Source: Promethearchaeota archaeon
GTDB lineage: Archaea; Asgardarchaeota; Lokiarchaeia; Sigyniarchaeales; SOKP01
Assembly (NCBI GenBank): GCA_016930515.1
Contig: JAFGGO010000145.1
Span: 1-27,584, forward strand
Direction: 5' to 3'
Length of the DNA stretch: 27,584 nt
The notes beneath the pieces are model-generated. The model was not told the origin of the DNA, searched no databases, and saw only the letters and a program-made list of their open reading frames with translations. How positions within the stretch are numbered: position 1 is the stretch's first letter; every line of letters starts with the position of its first letter. Of this stretch, positions 1 through 9,232 are shown one piece after another. Position numbers and translations under genes: made by a program.

Positions 1-256
1 TTCTTTTTTCAAAGGCTTTAAAGAATTAATAATGATCTCATAAGAATTAAATGGATTATTTTAATCTATTTTTATAACATTCTACGCGTTAATTTTTGAA
101 GTTCTTAAAATTAAGTCGTTTAATTTTTATTTTAGAGAAATGAACAGTAATGTTTAAATACTACTTCAATATAAATATATATCATTAGGAGATTATCATG
201 GTTTTGAACCATTTATCCTAATATCACAAAATTTACAACAACAACATTTGATTAAA

Positions 257-958
257 ATGAACAAAAAACAGAGAATTTTAATTTTTGCGTCTTTTACCCT
301 CTTGATGTTTGCAATGGCAACTGCTCCAGCAATGGCCGTGGTAGGTGTTGATTCAAGCGATGTAAAGACCGCAGAAACAAGAAATCCCATCATATTCGTT
401 CATGGATTAATGGGATCTGCTTCAAACTGGAACACCATGATGAGCTGGTTCAGGTCTGCAGGGTATCCAAGCAATTACCTTTACGCTTTCACTTATTCCC
501 TCCCAAGTTCTCAATCTAGCGGAATAAACGCTCGAAACGCCCAGCAACTCAGTGGTTGGGTAAATTATGTTCTTTCGGTAACTGGTGCGAGCGAAGTCGA
601 CATCATCGGCCATAGCATGGGTGGCTTGAGCAGTCGATATTACATCAAGTTCTTGGGTGGAGCATCAAAAGTTGACGATTACGTCTCCCTTGGTACGCCA
701 CAACACGGAACTATACTTACTTGGTATGGCGACATGCGAATTGGAAGTTACTTCTTGTTAACTTTAAATTCGGGCGATGAAACGCCTTCTGGTGTCGATT
801 GGACGACCGTCAGAACAGCTAACGACGAGCTTGTACAGCCTGTTAGCACGGCAACCCTCACTGGAGCTGACAATCACCTGATCGCTGGCGTTGGTCACAT
901 TGGATTGCTTACTAGCACGCAGGCATATAGTATCGCTTATGCTGCAGTAAATAACTAA
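257..958 (+). CDS. Secreted alpha/beta-hydrolase, lipase/esterase (Lipase_2 / Bacillus LipA-Streptomyces type)
   Basis: PIIFVHG oxyanion motif, GHSMGG nucleophile elbow, SLGTPQHG, candidate Asp (NDELV) and His (GVGHIGLL). The N-terminus has a basic then hydrophobic signal peptide ending near AMA. ATG at 257 is preferred over TTG at 248. Confidence 0.9.
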   Translation: MNKKQRILIFASFTLLMFAMATAPAMAVVGVDSSDVKTAETRNPIIFVHGLMGSASNWNTMMSWFRSAGYPSNYLYAFTYSLPSSQSSGINARNAQQLSGWVNYVLSVTGASEVDIIGHSMGGLSSRYYIKFLGGASKVDDYVSLGTPQHGTILTWYGDMRIGSYFLLTLNSGDETPSGVDWTTVRTANDELVQPVSTATLTGADNHLIAGVGHIGLLTSTQAYSIAYAAVNN

Positions 959-986
959 AAATATAGTTCAAAAATATGATTTTAAT

Positions 987-1025
987 TGCAATCTTGTAGA
1001 TTGCATTCTTTTTTTTCTTTTTTTT
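987..1025 (+). terminator. Hairpin plus T-tract terminator after the lipase gene
   Basis: TGCAATCT-tgt-AGATTGCA (987-1005) is immediately followed by a long T-rich run. Confidence 0.65.
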
Positions 1026-1437
1026 CATTTCATTTCATAATTAACAAACCTTACTTGTTCGACAAAATTGGAGTCAAACTTTTTAATGTCTATTTTCGTC
1101 TTTATTACATATTCGTGAAAAAATTTCAGCTTTTTTATTGTCGGAATTTAGGGCGAAATCATATGGAAAAATCCCAAAATTTATCTAAAACTTGCTTGAT
1201 TAATTTGATTTAATGACTTGATGTGTCTAATCATTTTTGTCGGGTGATTGTTGCTTGTCGATTATGGTTTTCTTTAACAAAAGAGTCGATAAAGTTATTA
1301 AAATAACGGTTAAAATATTTCTTGACTTTTCTTCAATCAACCATTTTATTCTCAATTTTCATTATTGTGAATATTTATATTGAAAACATAAAAATCGAAG
1401 ATATGCCGTTTAAGAGCTTATCTAATAATATTTACAT

Positions 1438-2370
1438 TCAATCCTCAAATAAGTCAGTTGATAAATATCGTTCTCCCGTGTCGGGTAATAATATGACCAA
1501 GTTCTCGTCTTTACTGAGATCCTTCGAAGCAACATTCAAGCCCGCCCACGTTGCAGCACCCGAGGATATTCCTACGAAAATCCCTTCCATTCGCGCCAAG
1601 TTGCGAGAAGTAGCGACTGCGTCTTCGTATTTCACAGGAATGATTTTTTCGTATATTTCGGTATTAAGTACATCAGGAACGAACCCTGCTCCAATTCCTT
1701 GTATCTTATGAGGCCCCGGAGAGCCACCCGATAGGACTGGAGAATCCTTTGGTTCAACTCCATAAATCTTTACCCTTTCTCCAACGTTTTTTTTAAGAAT
1801 TTCGCCAATACCCGTTATGGTTCCACCCGTGCCGATACCTGCAACAAATCCGTCAATTCTTCCTGCTAAATCGTTGAAGATTTCTTTTGCCGTGGTTTTC
1901 CTGTGAATCTCGGGATTAGCAAGGTTTTTAAATTGTTGGGGAATAAATATCGAACCATTTTTCGCGGCTAAATCTTGCGCTTTTTGTATTGCTCCCTTCA
2001 TGCCTTCTTGAGCGGGCGTTAAAACTAGTTCCGCACCATATGCTTTTAAGATTTTGCGTCTCTCCATCGACATGCTTTCAGGCATTGTTAAGATCAGCCT
2101 GTAGCCCTTTGCGGCGCATACGAGCGCAAGTCCAATTCCCGTATTTCCAGATGTGGGTTCCACGATCGTGGTTCCGGGGGAAATAAGACCGTCATCTTCG
2201 GCTTTTTCGATCATCGCCAAGGCGATCCTATCTTTTACGCTAGAACCTGGATTGAACGCCTCGATCTTTGCGAACACATTTGGCTCGATATCACGGGCAA
2301 TTTTATTTAATTTTACTAAGGGAGTCCTCCCAATCGTTTCTAAAATGTTATCGAAATAGTATTTTACCAA
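1438..2370 (-). CDS. cysK: Cysteine synthase A (O-acetylserine sulfhydrylase)
   Basis: [16 protein letters not shown] (PLP Lys), [33 protein letters not shown] start with GGTGA upstream. Confidence 0.96.
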   Translation of the reverse strand: MVKYYFDNILETIGRTPLVKLNKIARDIEPNVFAKIEAFNPGSSVKDRIALAMIEKAEDDGLISPGTTIVEPTSGNTGIGLALVCAAKGYRLILTMPESMSMERRKILKAYGAELVLTPAQEGMKGAIQKAQDLAAKNGSIFIPQQFKNLANPEIHRKTTAKEIFNDLAGRIDGFVAGIGTGGTITGIGEILKKNVGERVKIYGVEPKDSPVLSGGSPGPHKIQGIGAGFVPDVLNTEIYEKIIPVKYEDAVATSRNLARMEGIFVGISSGAATWAGLNVASKDLSKDENLVILLPDTGERYLSTDLFED

Positions 2371-2418
2371 TTTTATTCACCTTTTAAGTTGCATTAAATA
2401 ATTATTAATTATAGGAAG

Positions 2419-3267
2419 TTAAATGCCTCCTCCATATTCTCCGTAATAAATATCGTATTTTTTCTTTTTTTGAGCAAGTTGTTCCTTTTTGTCGAGAATC
2501 TTGTTCTCTAAATGTTCAATTCTTGCATCTAAGGTTGAAAGGGCAATTGCTAATGGATCGGGCAAATCTCCGTGAGAAAGATCAATCTTTTTACGTTTTT
2601 TACCCTCCGTCGAAATTATTCTTCCAGGAACGCCTACAACCACCGAGTTAGGGGGGACATCGTTCACAACAACGGAATTTGCGCCAATTTTCACATTTTC
2701 TCCAATCACTATTGGCCCCAAGAGTTTTGCTCCGGAACCTATGACTATATTGTCGCCAAGCGTTGGATGCCGCTTGACGCGCTCGGTCGTCGTTCCACCT
2801 AAAACGACACCTTGATATATAGTGACATTGTTACCAATTTCTGCCGTCTCGCCAATGACAACGCCCCCTCCGTGATCAATAAAAAAGTCCTTTCCGATTT
2901 TCGCACCAGGATGAATCTCAACGCCTGTTAAGTTTCGCGCTATTTCGGAGAGATATCTCGGTACAAAAGGCATTCCAATCATCCAAAAAAAGTGAGCAAT
3001 GCGATGAAATAGTATTGCCTTGACTCCTGGGTAGCTTGTTAACACTTCGACGAGGGAATTAGCAGCCGGATCCTTGTTGAAAGCTGCGCTCACATCTGAA
3101 ACGAAAAAATTCAAGATCTCTTGAAGGTTGTTATTGATGGTATCTTGTTTTAATTCTTCCGTCTCGAATTTTAAATCTAAAATACACTCTGCGCAATAAT
3201 TGTGCTGACCTTTTTCTTTTGAGCCCAAACCTTTACCACAATTCAGGCATCGAATGAATTCTTCCAT
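2419..3267 (-). CDS. cysE: Serine O-acetyltransferase with an N-terminal CxxC..CxxC extension
   Basis: DPAA..EVL.SYPG, EIHPGAKIG, FIDHG, KRHPTLG, hexapeptide repeats, VVGVPGR and a C-terminal Ile. Co-oriented directly upstream of cysK. Confidence 0.94.
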   Translation of the reverse strand: MEEFIRCLNCGKGLGSKEKGQHNYCAECILDLKFETEELKQDTINNNLQEILNFFVSDVSAAFNKDPAANSLVEVLTSYPGVKAILFHRIAHFFWMIGMPFVPRYLSEIARNLTGVEIHPGAKIGKDFFIDHGGGVVIGETAEIGNNVTIYQGVVLGGTTTERVKRHPTLGDNIVIGSGAKLLGPIVIGENVKIGANSVVVNDVPPNSVVVGVPGRIISTEGKKRKKIDLSHGDLPDPLAIALSTLDARIEHLENKILDKKEQLAQKKKKYDIYYGEYGGGI

Positions 3268-3478
3268 GATATGTTGAGATTATTTTTTATTTGTTTTTGT
3301 TTAAAATCGAAGTCATAATCATGAGTAAAACTTTAAGGGATCATCTTAAAAAATCATTACTCCGTTTTTATTTTGACGCTTCAAAATTATAAGAGATAAA
3401 ATGAATTGTATCTATAATTGATAACTTAAGGAAATGACAACAAAAAGACAAGTGAAAATAACACTTAGGTAAAAAAGA

Positions 3479-3916
3479 TCATTTAAAATCAACATTTACC
3501 GTGATACCAGCTCTTACGGATTCTGTTATCGTGCAATATTGCTCAAAAAATTTTTTGCATTGCTCGATTCTTTTGAGCACTTCTGGATCGGAACTGGTTG
3601 GTGTTAAATGGACATTTAATTCCTTAACCCTTAATAGATTTTTTTCATTTTTCCCGACTATTATTTCAGCTTCTCCCTTGAAATCGTCAAGCGTTAAATT
3701 CCTTTTTTTAAGGCAGAAAACAAAACTTGCGCTCAGGCAACCCAAAATCGCCGAAGCAAGCAGTTTTGAAGCGCTGGGCCCTAACATTTCTTCGTTTTTA
3801 CTGTGAAGTTCGTCAATAAAAAGAGTTTTTTCCATGAGTATCCCCAAGTCCCACTTGAAGATCATATTGGACTCTAATTCAATGTTTACTTTAGATTTAT
3901 ATTCGTTTTCTGACAT
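3479..3916 (-). CDS. OsmC/Ohr-like family protein
   Basis: GPS..LLASAILGC and ..QYCTIT.SV give the two-Cys pattern typical of the OsmC family. 145 aa. Confidence 0.82.
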   Translation of the reverse strand: MSENEYKSKVNIELESNMIFKWDLGILMEKTLFIDELHSKNEEMLGPSASKLLASAILGCLSASFVFCLKKRNLTLDDFKGEAEIIVGKNEKNLLRVKELNVHLTPTSSDPEVLKRIEQCKKFFEQYCTITESVRAGITVNVDFK

Positions 3917-4051
3917 TTTACATCTTGGTTTTATATTAGTATTATATAAGCTATAGCTTTATATGAAATTTATATTCACCCAGATTATATTATTAATGCT
4001 TATTTATTAAACAAAGACAGTGTAAAAGGTTCGACTTAAGGCGTTCTAATA

Positions 4052-4633
4052 TTAGCCAGTAAAAAAAGAGAATTCGATGTTCTTAATCAAGCGTGATATC
4101 TTCTTGGACTCGATTTTAGAGAAGTTTTTCGAATATTTATTATCGATTGACGATCCATAATACGAATTTCCATAGAATGTAGTTGATTTTTTGATTATTT
4201 TCAAAATAAACTTAAGGGAACCTTTTTGGAGGTAAATTGAAATGTCGTTGATCAATAAAATAGTGGTGGGATTTTCACAGTATTTTTTTAAGGCTTTTTC
4301 AGTTAACTTACAATTTTGAAGAGCGTATTTCCTAATCTCTTTTTTATTTCTTGCTGTTAAACGTGGGGGTATGATTTTCACATCAATAAAAAGCCCTAAA
4401 GTTTCAGAAATATCATAATAATCCAAAATCTTCCCGCCAATCTTTCTTCTTTCGTAAACTCGAGACTCGGGTGCGAAGTCTAATACGCTGATGGTTTTCG
4501 GATCCATTTTCGAATCGATAAGATATTGTAGGAACATTGCCGTGCGTTTTGTTTTTCCTGTATTAGATTCTCCGTATAAAATCGTATGATGATCAATATA
4601 TTTCTGAAGAACTTCAGGCTCGTCTTGTTGCAT
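4052..4633 (-). CDS. P-loop NTPase of unknown function
   Basis: Walker A-like YGESNTGKT near the N-terminus and Walker B-like ILLIND. Lies 18 bp downstream of thiW. Confidence 0.6.
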   Translation of the reverse strand: MQQDEPEVLQKYIDHHTILYGESNTGKTKRTAMFLQYLIDSKMDPKTISVLDFAPESRVYERRKIGGKILDYYDISETLGLFIDVKIIPPRLTARNKKEIRKYALQNCKLTEKALKKYCENPTTILLINDISIYLQKGSLKFILKIIKKSTTFYGNSYYGSSIDNKYSKNFSKIESKKISRLIKNIEFSFFTG

Positions 4634-4651
4634 AAAATTTCAAACCATACC

Positions 4652-5203
4652 TCATTTCATTGCAAAATCTTCGTAACTGATACCTGATCTTTTTAAAAGA
4701 TTCAGAATCAAAAATCCAGCGATGCTTCCAGGCACGCTCGATAACGCGAATAATCCCCAATTAATCATAAGACCGCTCAATAAAGAACCCATTGGAGAAA
4801 CGAAGTATGCTATTGTTCCCCCAATAAAAACGGTCCCTAAGGGCTCTAATAACGCCGAATATAGCACGAGTTTTGGAGCTCTTTTTTTAAATAATAGCGC
4901 AAACAAGCTAACGACTAACGCACCTGAAATTCCCCCATGAAAAGCGTGTATCGTGCCTATCGAAAACGAAAAACGCAAGATCGCAATACTTGTGGCAATG
5001 AAGATGGAATAAATGGGCCCAAGCAACACGCCCGCCATCGAGTTGATCAGGTGGACATATGGATTAATTTTAAACCCGAATATCGTGAAATATGCAAATA
5101 TATTTATAAAACTTAAAACAAGCCCTAATGCAATGAATATCGAAGAAAGAGCTACTTTTTTTGATTGAATGGGGGACTTTTTTATGTTTTCAAGTTCGTT
5201 CAT
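4652..5203 (-). CDS. thiW: ECF transporter S component, ThiW family (thiazole/thiamine precursor)
   Basis: 183-aa hydrophobic protein with P.vH.IN..AGVLLGP and ILR....GT..AF.G...GA motifs resembling ThiW. Confidence 0.78.
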   Translation of the reverse strand: MNELENIKKSPIQSKKVALSSIFIALGLVLSFINIFAYFTIFGFKINPYVHLINSMAGVLLGPIYSIFIATSIAILRFSFSIGTIHAFHGGISGALVVSLFALLFKKRAPKLVLYSALLEPLGTVFIGGTIAYFVSPMGSLLSGLMINWGLFALSSVPGSIAGFLILNLLKRSGISYEDFAMK

Positions 5204-5360
5204 ATCAAAATAATTTTTTCAGTTCTTTAGTCAAAAAAAGGTGTATCTCTTAAAAATAAGAGGTTTTTTAGCAATATTATGTTTTATAGAATAAACATTT
5301 TTAAATTGTATTCGCAATAAAAGACATAATAAGACAATTTTAGATTTAATTTGTTAAAAA

Positions 5361-7022
5361 ATGACCGATAACGATACTTTTACGATAATAATTGGTGGAA
5401 AAGCAGGAGAAGGTGTGAAAAAAGCTGGCGCCGTAGCCTGCAAAATCTTTTCCAAGATGGGTAGGTTCGCTTTTCAGTTGGACGATTACATGAGCTTAAT
5501 AAGGGGAGGCCATAATTTCTCGATTGTAAGTTCTTCTATAACACCTATTACGAGCCATTACGAAAAAGCGAATTTGATCGTGTGTTTTGACAAGAGAAGC
5601 TACGATAAGCATAACGAAAACCTCTTAGAGGGCGGATTATTGTTCTACAATTCTGACGAAAAGGATTCAATGGAAGGCATTGGGATTCCCTTAGGTTCTT
5701 TAGCCAAGCAATATCCATTAAAAAATCTCATGTTTGGTGTGGGAGCAATTGCCATCTTGATGGCCGTTCTTGGATACAACGAGGAAGCATTGAAGAAAAT
5801 AATTACTACGGAATACCCAAAAAACGATGATAACATTACTTTTTCAAGTAAGATATACAATTTAACGAAGGAACAGGTTAGTAAGGAAATAAATTTAACC
5901 CAAGGAAAACAAATTCTCCCAATCATTTTTGGAAATCAAGCAATAGCTCTTGGATCATTAATGGCAGGCTTGAACCTTTATTACGCCTATCCTATGACGC
6001 CTTCCTCCTCGATATTGCATTATTTAGCTTCTCAAACCGAGAAGTTTGGTGTATGCGTGGTTCACCCAGAAAGCGAAATTGCCGTGATGAACCTTGCGAT
6101 AGGATCGACTTTCACGGGAGCAAGAACTATGGTTGGTACCAGCGGAGGAGGTTTTGCCTTGATGGTAGAGGGATTTTCTCTCGCAGGCATGACTGAAGCA
6201 CCCGTATTGACCGTTTTATCAATGAGACCAGGCCCCGCAACTGGAGTTCCAACTTACACTGAACAATGTGACCTTAATTTCGCCCTCAGTGCTGGTCATG
6301 GGGAGTTCCTTAGGATCGTTTCTTCTCCTGGAACAATAGAGGAGGCGTTCTATTTGACTGCTGAGATGATGGATCTTGTGTGGAGATTCCAAACACCAGG
6401 GATACTTTTAACTGAGAAGCATTTATCCGAAAGCAGCATGACTGTTGATCTGAATCCAAATGCTTGTAAATGGCCCGAGGTAAAGCTATACGATGCGGAA
6501 GCCTATAAGCGTTATGCAAGTTCTGAAGATGGTGTCTCTCCTCTACTATTTCCTCCCACGACCGAAACAATCAAGTGGAATAGTTACGAACACGACGAGG
6601 CAGGCATAACAACTGAAGAACCCTCTTGGATATCGAAAATGCATGATAAAAGACTCAAAAAAGTTGCTGCAGTCGAAAATTACATGAAAACGATGAAGAC
6701 CGTTAATGTTATAAAAGGTAGTGATCCTTTTAACATATTTACATACGGATCTACCACTATGAGTGTCTTAGAAGCTTTTAAACACGAAAAAATTAAACCC
6801 ACGATAATTCAACCAATTTACTTAAACCCTCTTCCCGTTTGGGAATTAGAAAAATACAAGGAACAGAAAGCTTTAGTCGTTGAATTAAGTTCCTTTGGTC
6901 AATTTACGGCGTTACTTAAAGAAAAAACTGGTCTTAGGGTAGAAAAAACGATAAAAAAATACGATGGTAGACCGTTTGATCCCGTGGATTTACGAGATAG
7001 GATAAAAGAGGAGGTGCTCTAA
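5361..7022 (+). CDS. korA: 2-oxoacid:ferredoxin oxidoreductase subunit alpha (fused gamma-alpha)
   Basis: GGKAGEG, SLIRGGHN, YPMTPSS, ESEIA, TSGGGF, RPGPATGVPT, EHDEAG, KYDGRPF. Substrate specificity cannot be determined from sequence. Confidence 0.9.
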   Translation: MTDNDTFTIIIGGKAGEGVKKAGAVACKIFSKMGRFAFQLDDYMSLIRGGHNFSIVSSSITPITSHYEKANLIVCFDKRSYDKHNENLLEGGLLFYNSDEKDSMEGIGIPLGSLAKQYPLKNLMFGVGAIAILMAVLGYNEEALKKIITTEYPKNDDNITFSSKIYNLTKEQVSKEINLTQGKQILPIIFGNQAIALGSLMAGLNLYYAYPMTPSSSILHYLASQTEKFGVCVVHPESEIAVMNLAIGSTFTGARTMVGTSGGGFALMVEGFSLAGMTEAPVLTVLSMRPGPATGVPTYTEQCDLNFALSAGHGEFLRIVSSPGTIEEAFYLTAEMMDLVWRFQTPGILLTEKHLSESSMTVDLNPNACKWPEVKLYDAEAYKRYASSEDGVSPLLFPPTTETIKWNSYEHDEAGITTEEPSWISKMHDKRLKKVAAVENYMKTMKTVNVIKGSDPFNIFTYGSTTMSVLEAFKHEKIKPTIIQPIYLNPLPVWELEKYKEQKALVVELSSFGQFTALLKEKTGLRVEKTIKKYDGRPFDPVDLRDRIKEEVL

Positions 7023-7865
7023 ATGGAGGGATTGGGAACTGATGCGGAAAATACATGGTGCCCCGGTTGTGGAAATTTTGGTATTCTCGCTGCTACTAAA
7101 AGAGCAATATTACAACTAGAGGAAAAGGGGATCTCAAAAAAAAACTTGATAATGACGGCGGGGATAGGTTGTTCAGCCAAGATTTTCGATTACCTCAACT
7201 TGAGCGGCGTGTATTCCCTTCACGGGAGGGATATGGCCACGGTACAAGGAATAAAGCTTGCAAATCCCGACCTCAAGGTAATTACATTTTCAGGAGATGG
7301 AAACGCAATGGGAGAAGGTTTAGCACATGTCTTATTTGCCGCCAAGAGAAATGCAGATATCACCATAGTTATGCACCACAACGATGTTTACGCCTTAACC
7401 ACCGGACAATTTACCCCTTTAACCAAGAAAGGGTGGAAGGGTCCATCGACACCTAAAGGTAGCGTGGAGACCCCTTTTAACGCCTTATCTTTATTATTAG
7501 AAGTTGGGGCAACATTTCTTGCCCGATCATATTCTGGAAATATAAAACAACTTGCTGAAACCATCGTACAAGCTATCGAACACGAGGGATTCTCATTCGT
7601 AGAAGTTATGCAACCTTGCGTGAGTTGGAATAATACTTGGGACCTCTACAACGAAATCGTTAAAGAACTCGAGGAAGAACCGAACACTCTTGAAGACGCA
7701 TTTAAAGCGATTAGGAGCGCGGATCCCCTCAATATCGGTGTTTTTTGGAGGAAAAAAAAGCCAATCTTTCACGATCAAATTTATGGAGATCTTAATCCCG
7801 TTAGAGATAGCCTTTCAAGACAAAAGCGTATTGATTTAATTAAAGAAATTCTAAAAATAGATTAG
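7023..7865 (+). CDS. korB: 2-oxoacid:ferredoxin oxidoreductase subunit beta (TPP-binding)
   Basis: WCPGCGNF, GIGCS, LHGR, GDG..N TPP motif, QPCVSWN. GAGGAGGTG RBS, and the gene abuts the alpha gene. Confidence 0.92.
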   Translation: MEGLGTDAENTWCPGCGNFGILAATKRAILQLEEKGISKKNLIMTAGIGCSAKIFDYLNLSGVYSLHGRDMATVQGIKLANPDLKVITFSGDGNAMGEGLAHVLFAAKRNADITIVMHHNDVYALTTGQFTPLTKKGWKGPSTPKGSVETPFNALSLLLEVGATFLARSYSGNIKQLAETIVQAIEHEGFSFVEVMQPCVSWNNTWDLYNEIVKELEEEPNTLEDAFKAIRSADPLNIGVFWRKKKPIFHDQIYGDLNPVRDSLSRQKRIDLIKEILKID

Positions 7866-7986
7866 TAAAAGCGCGTGAACGATAATTTAACGAAAGAAGA
7901 GATATAAAAACAATAACTTTCATGTTATACTTGAATATATTATTCTTATTAATAAACAACCAAATTAGTTTTAAGGGGAGAGAAAA

Positions 7987-9132
7987 ACGGATATAAAACC
8001 TCAGCCAACAAAATATGCTCCCGCTGAACGAGCTTCGAAAAAGGAATTAAAGGCACAAATCAATATTTTCAAAAACAACAATGTTCTCAATAATTTTCTT
8101 GGAAAAATTCCAGCAATTTTTATTGTTGTTAATGAGTATAGACAAATAATATACTTGAATAAGGGTGCCCTGGATTTTACTGGTCTGAACGATTTAGCGT
8201 CCATATTAGGAAAAAGACCAGGTGAGATGCTTGGTTGCATTCATCAAGCAGAGGAAAGTGGAGGTTGTGGAACTTCAGAGTCTTGTACATATTGTGGTGC
8301 CGTCAATGTAGTACTTAAAAGCAAGAAGGTCGGACCGTCAGTCACAGATTGTCGATTAACCTGTGGACCAGAACATAAATCATTTGATCTCCGTATATGG
8401 GCTTCTCCGCTCGAGTTTGAAGGTTTAAAATTCACGGCTATTACCATCCAGGATATTAAAGACGAAAAAAGGCGAGAAGTTTACGAACGATTGTTTTTTC
8501 ATGACATTTTAAATACTTTGAACGGTTTAACAGCATCACTTCAACTTCTTAAAGATTTTCCCGATGAAATCGATATGCAACAATATCTAGAAAAAATAGA
8601 TTATTTTGCAAATAATATCTTTGATGAGGTCGAATTCCATAGGATGCTAACTGCTGCTGAAGAAAAAACTCTAAACTTAAACATTAAAGAATATAATTCG
8701 GAGCAATTTCTAAAAGAAATGGTTAATGGTTATGTGAATCAACCTATTGCATCTTCAAAAACAATTTTAATTGATAATAAGAGTGATATCGTGTGCTTTA
8801 GAACCGATAAAACCGTATTAAGAAGGATTTTTAGAAATATGATTAATAACGCCCTCGAAGCAACGAAAGAGCGAGGAAAGGTATTTATTGGGTGTAAAAA
8901 AATTGGAGAAACAAAGATCACATTTTGGGTTAGAAACGAAGGAGAAATGCCTCTGGAAACCCAGCTTCAGATTTTTCAAAGATCTTTTTCTACAAAAGGG
9001 AAAAATCGAGGATTAGGAACATATAGTATGAAACTATTAAGTTCTTTCTTGGATGGAGATATCGAGTTCAATACTTCGCAAGAAAAGGGAACTGAATTCT
9101 TTGCTATCTTTCCTATAAATCCTCTGAAATAA
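7987..9132 (+). CDS. Sensor histidine kinase with a Cys-rich PAS-like input domain (start uncertain; ORF track gives TTG 8155)
   Basis: H-box FFHDILN, N-box NMINNALEA, IFQRSFSTKG..GLG. The frame is open from 7975. The upstream part TKYAPAER..KEL...FL.KIP....VVNEYRQII looks like the start of a PAS domain. A candidate ACG start follows GGGGAG. Confidence 0.88.
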   Translation, partial: TDIKPQPTKYAPAERASKKELKAQINIFKNNNVLNNFLGKIPAIFIVVNEYRQIIYLNKGALDFTGLNDLASILGKRPGEMLGCIHQAEESGGCGTSESCTYCGAVNVVLKSKKVGPSVTDCRLTCGPEHKSFDLRIWASPLEFEGLKFTAITIQDIKDEKRREVYERLFFHDILNTLNGLTASLQLLKDFPDEIDMQQYLEKIDYFANNIFDEVEFHRMLTAAEEKTLNLNIKEYNSEQFLKEMVNGYVNQPIASSKTILIDNKSDIVCFRTDKTVLRRIFRNMINNALEATKERGKVFIGCKKIGETKITFWVRNEGEMPLETQLQIFQRSFSTKGKNRGLGTYSMKLLSSFLDGDIEFNTSQEKGTEFFAIFPINPLK

Positions 9133-9232
9133 TTCTAGTTTATTAAGTACAACTACTAACTTACAACAAGATTTATATACGGTTACTTCTATATTTGATA
9201 ACATTAATAAGAACGAGAAAATAAAACTGAAC

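Noticed and set aside
986-1213. 75-aa ORF after the lipase
   Set aside because: Its Phe-rich low complexity comes from terminator T-tracts and AT-rich intergenic DNA.
5204-5360. TPP riboswitch upstream of thiW
   Set aside because: The region is very AT-rich, with no CUGAGA/GCUGA core or pairing stems visible.
8001-8240. 79-aa minus-strand ORF
   Set aside because: It is antisense to the extended kinase frame.
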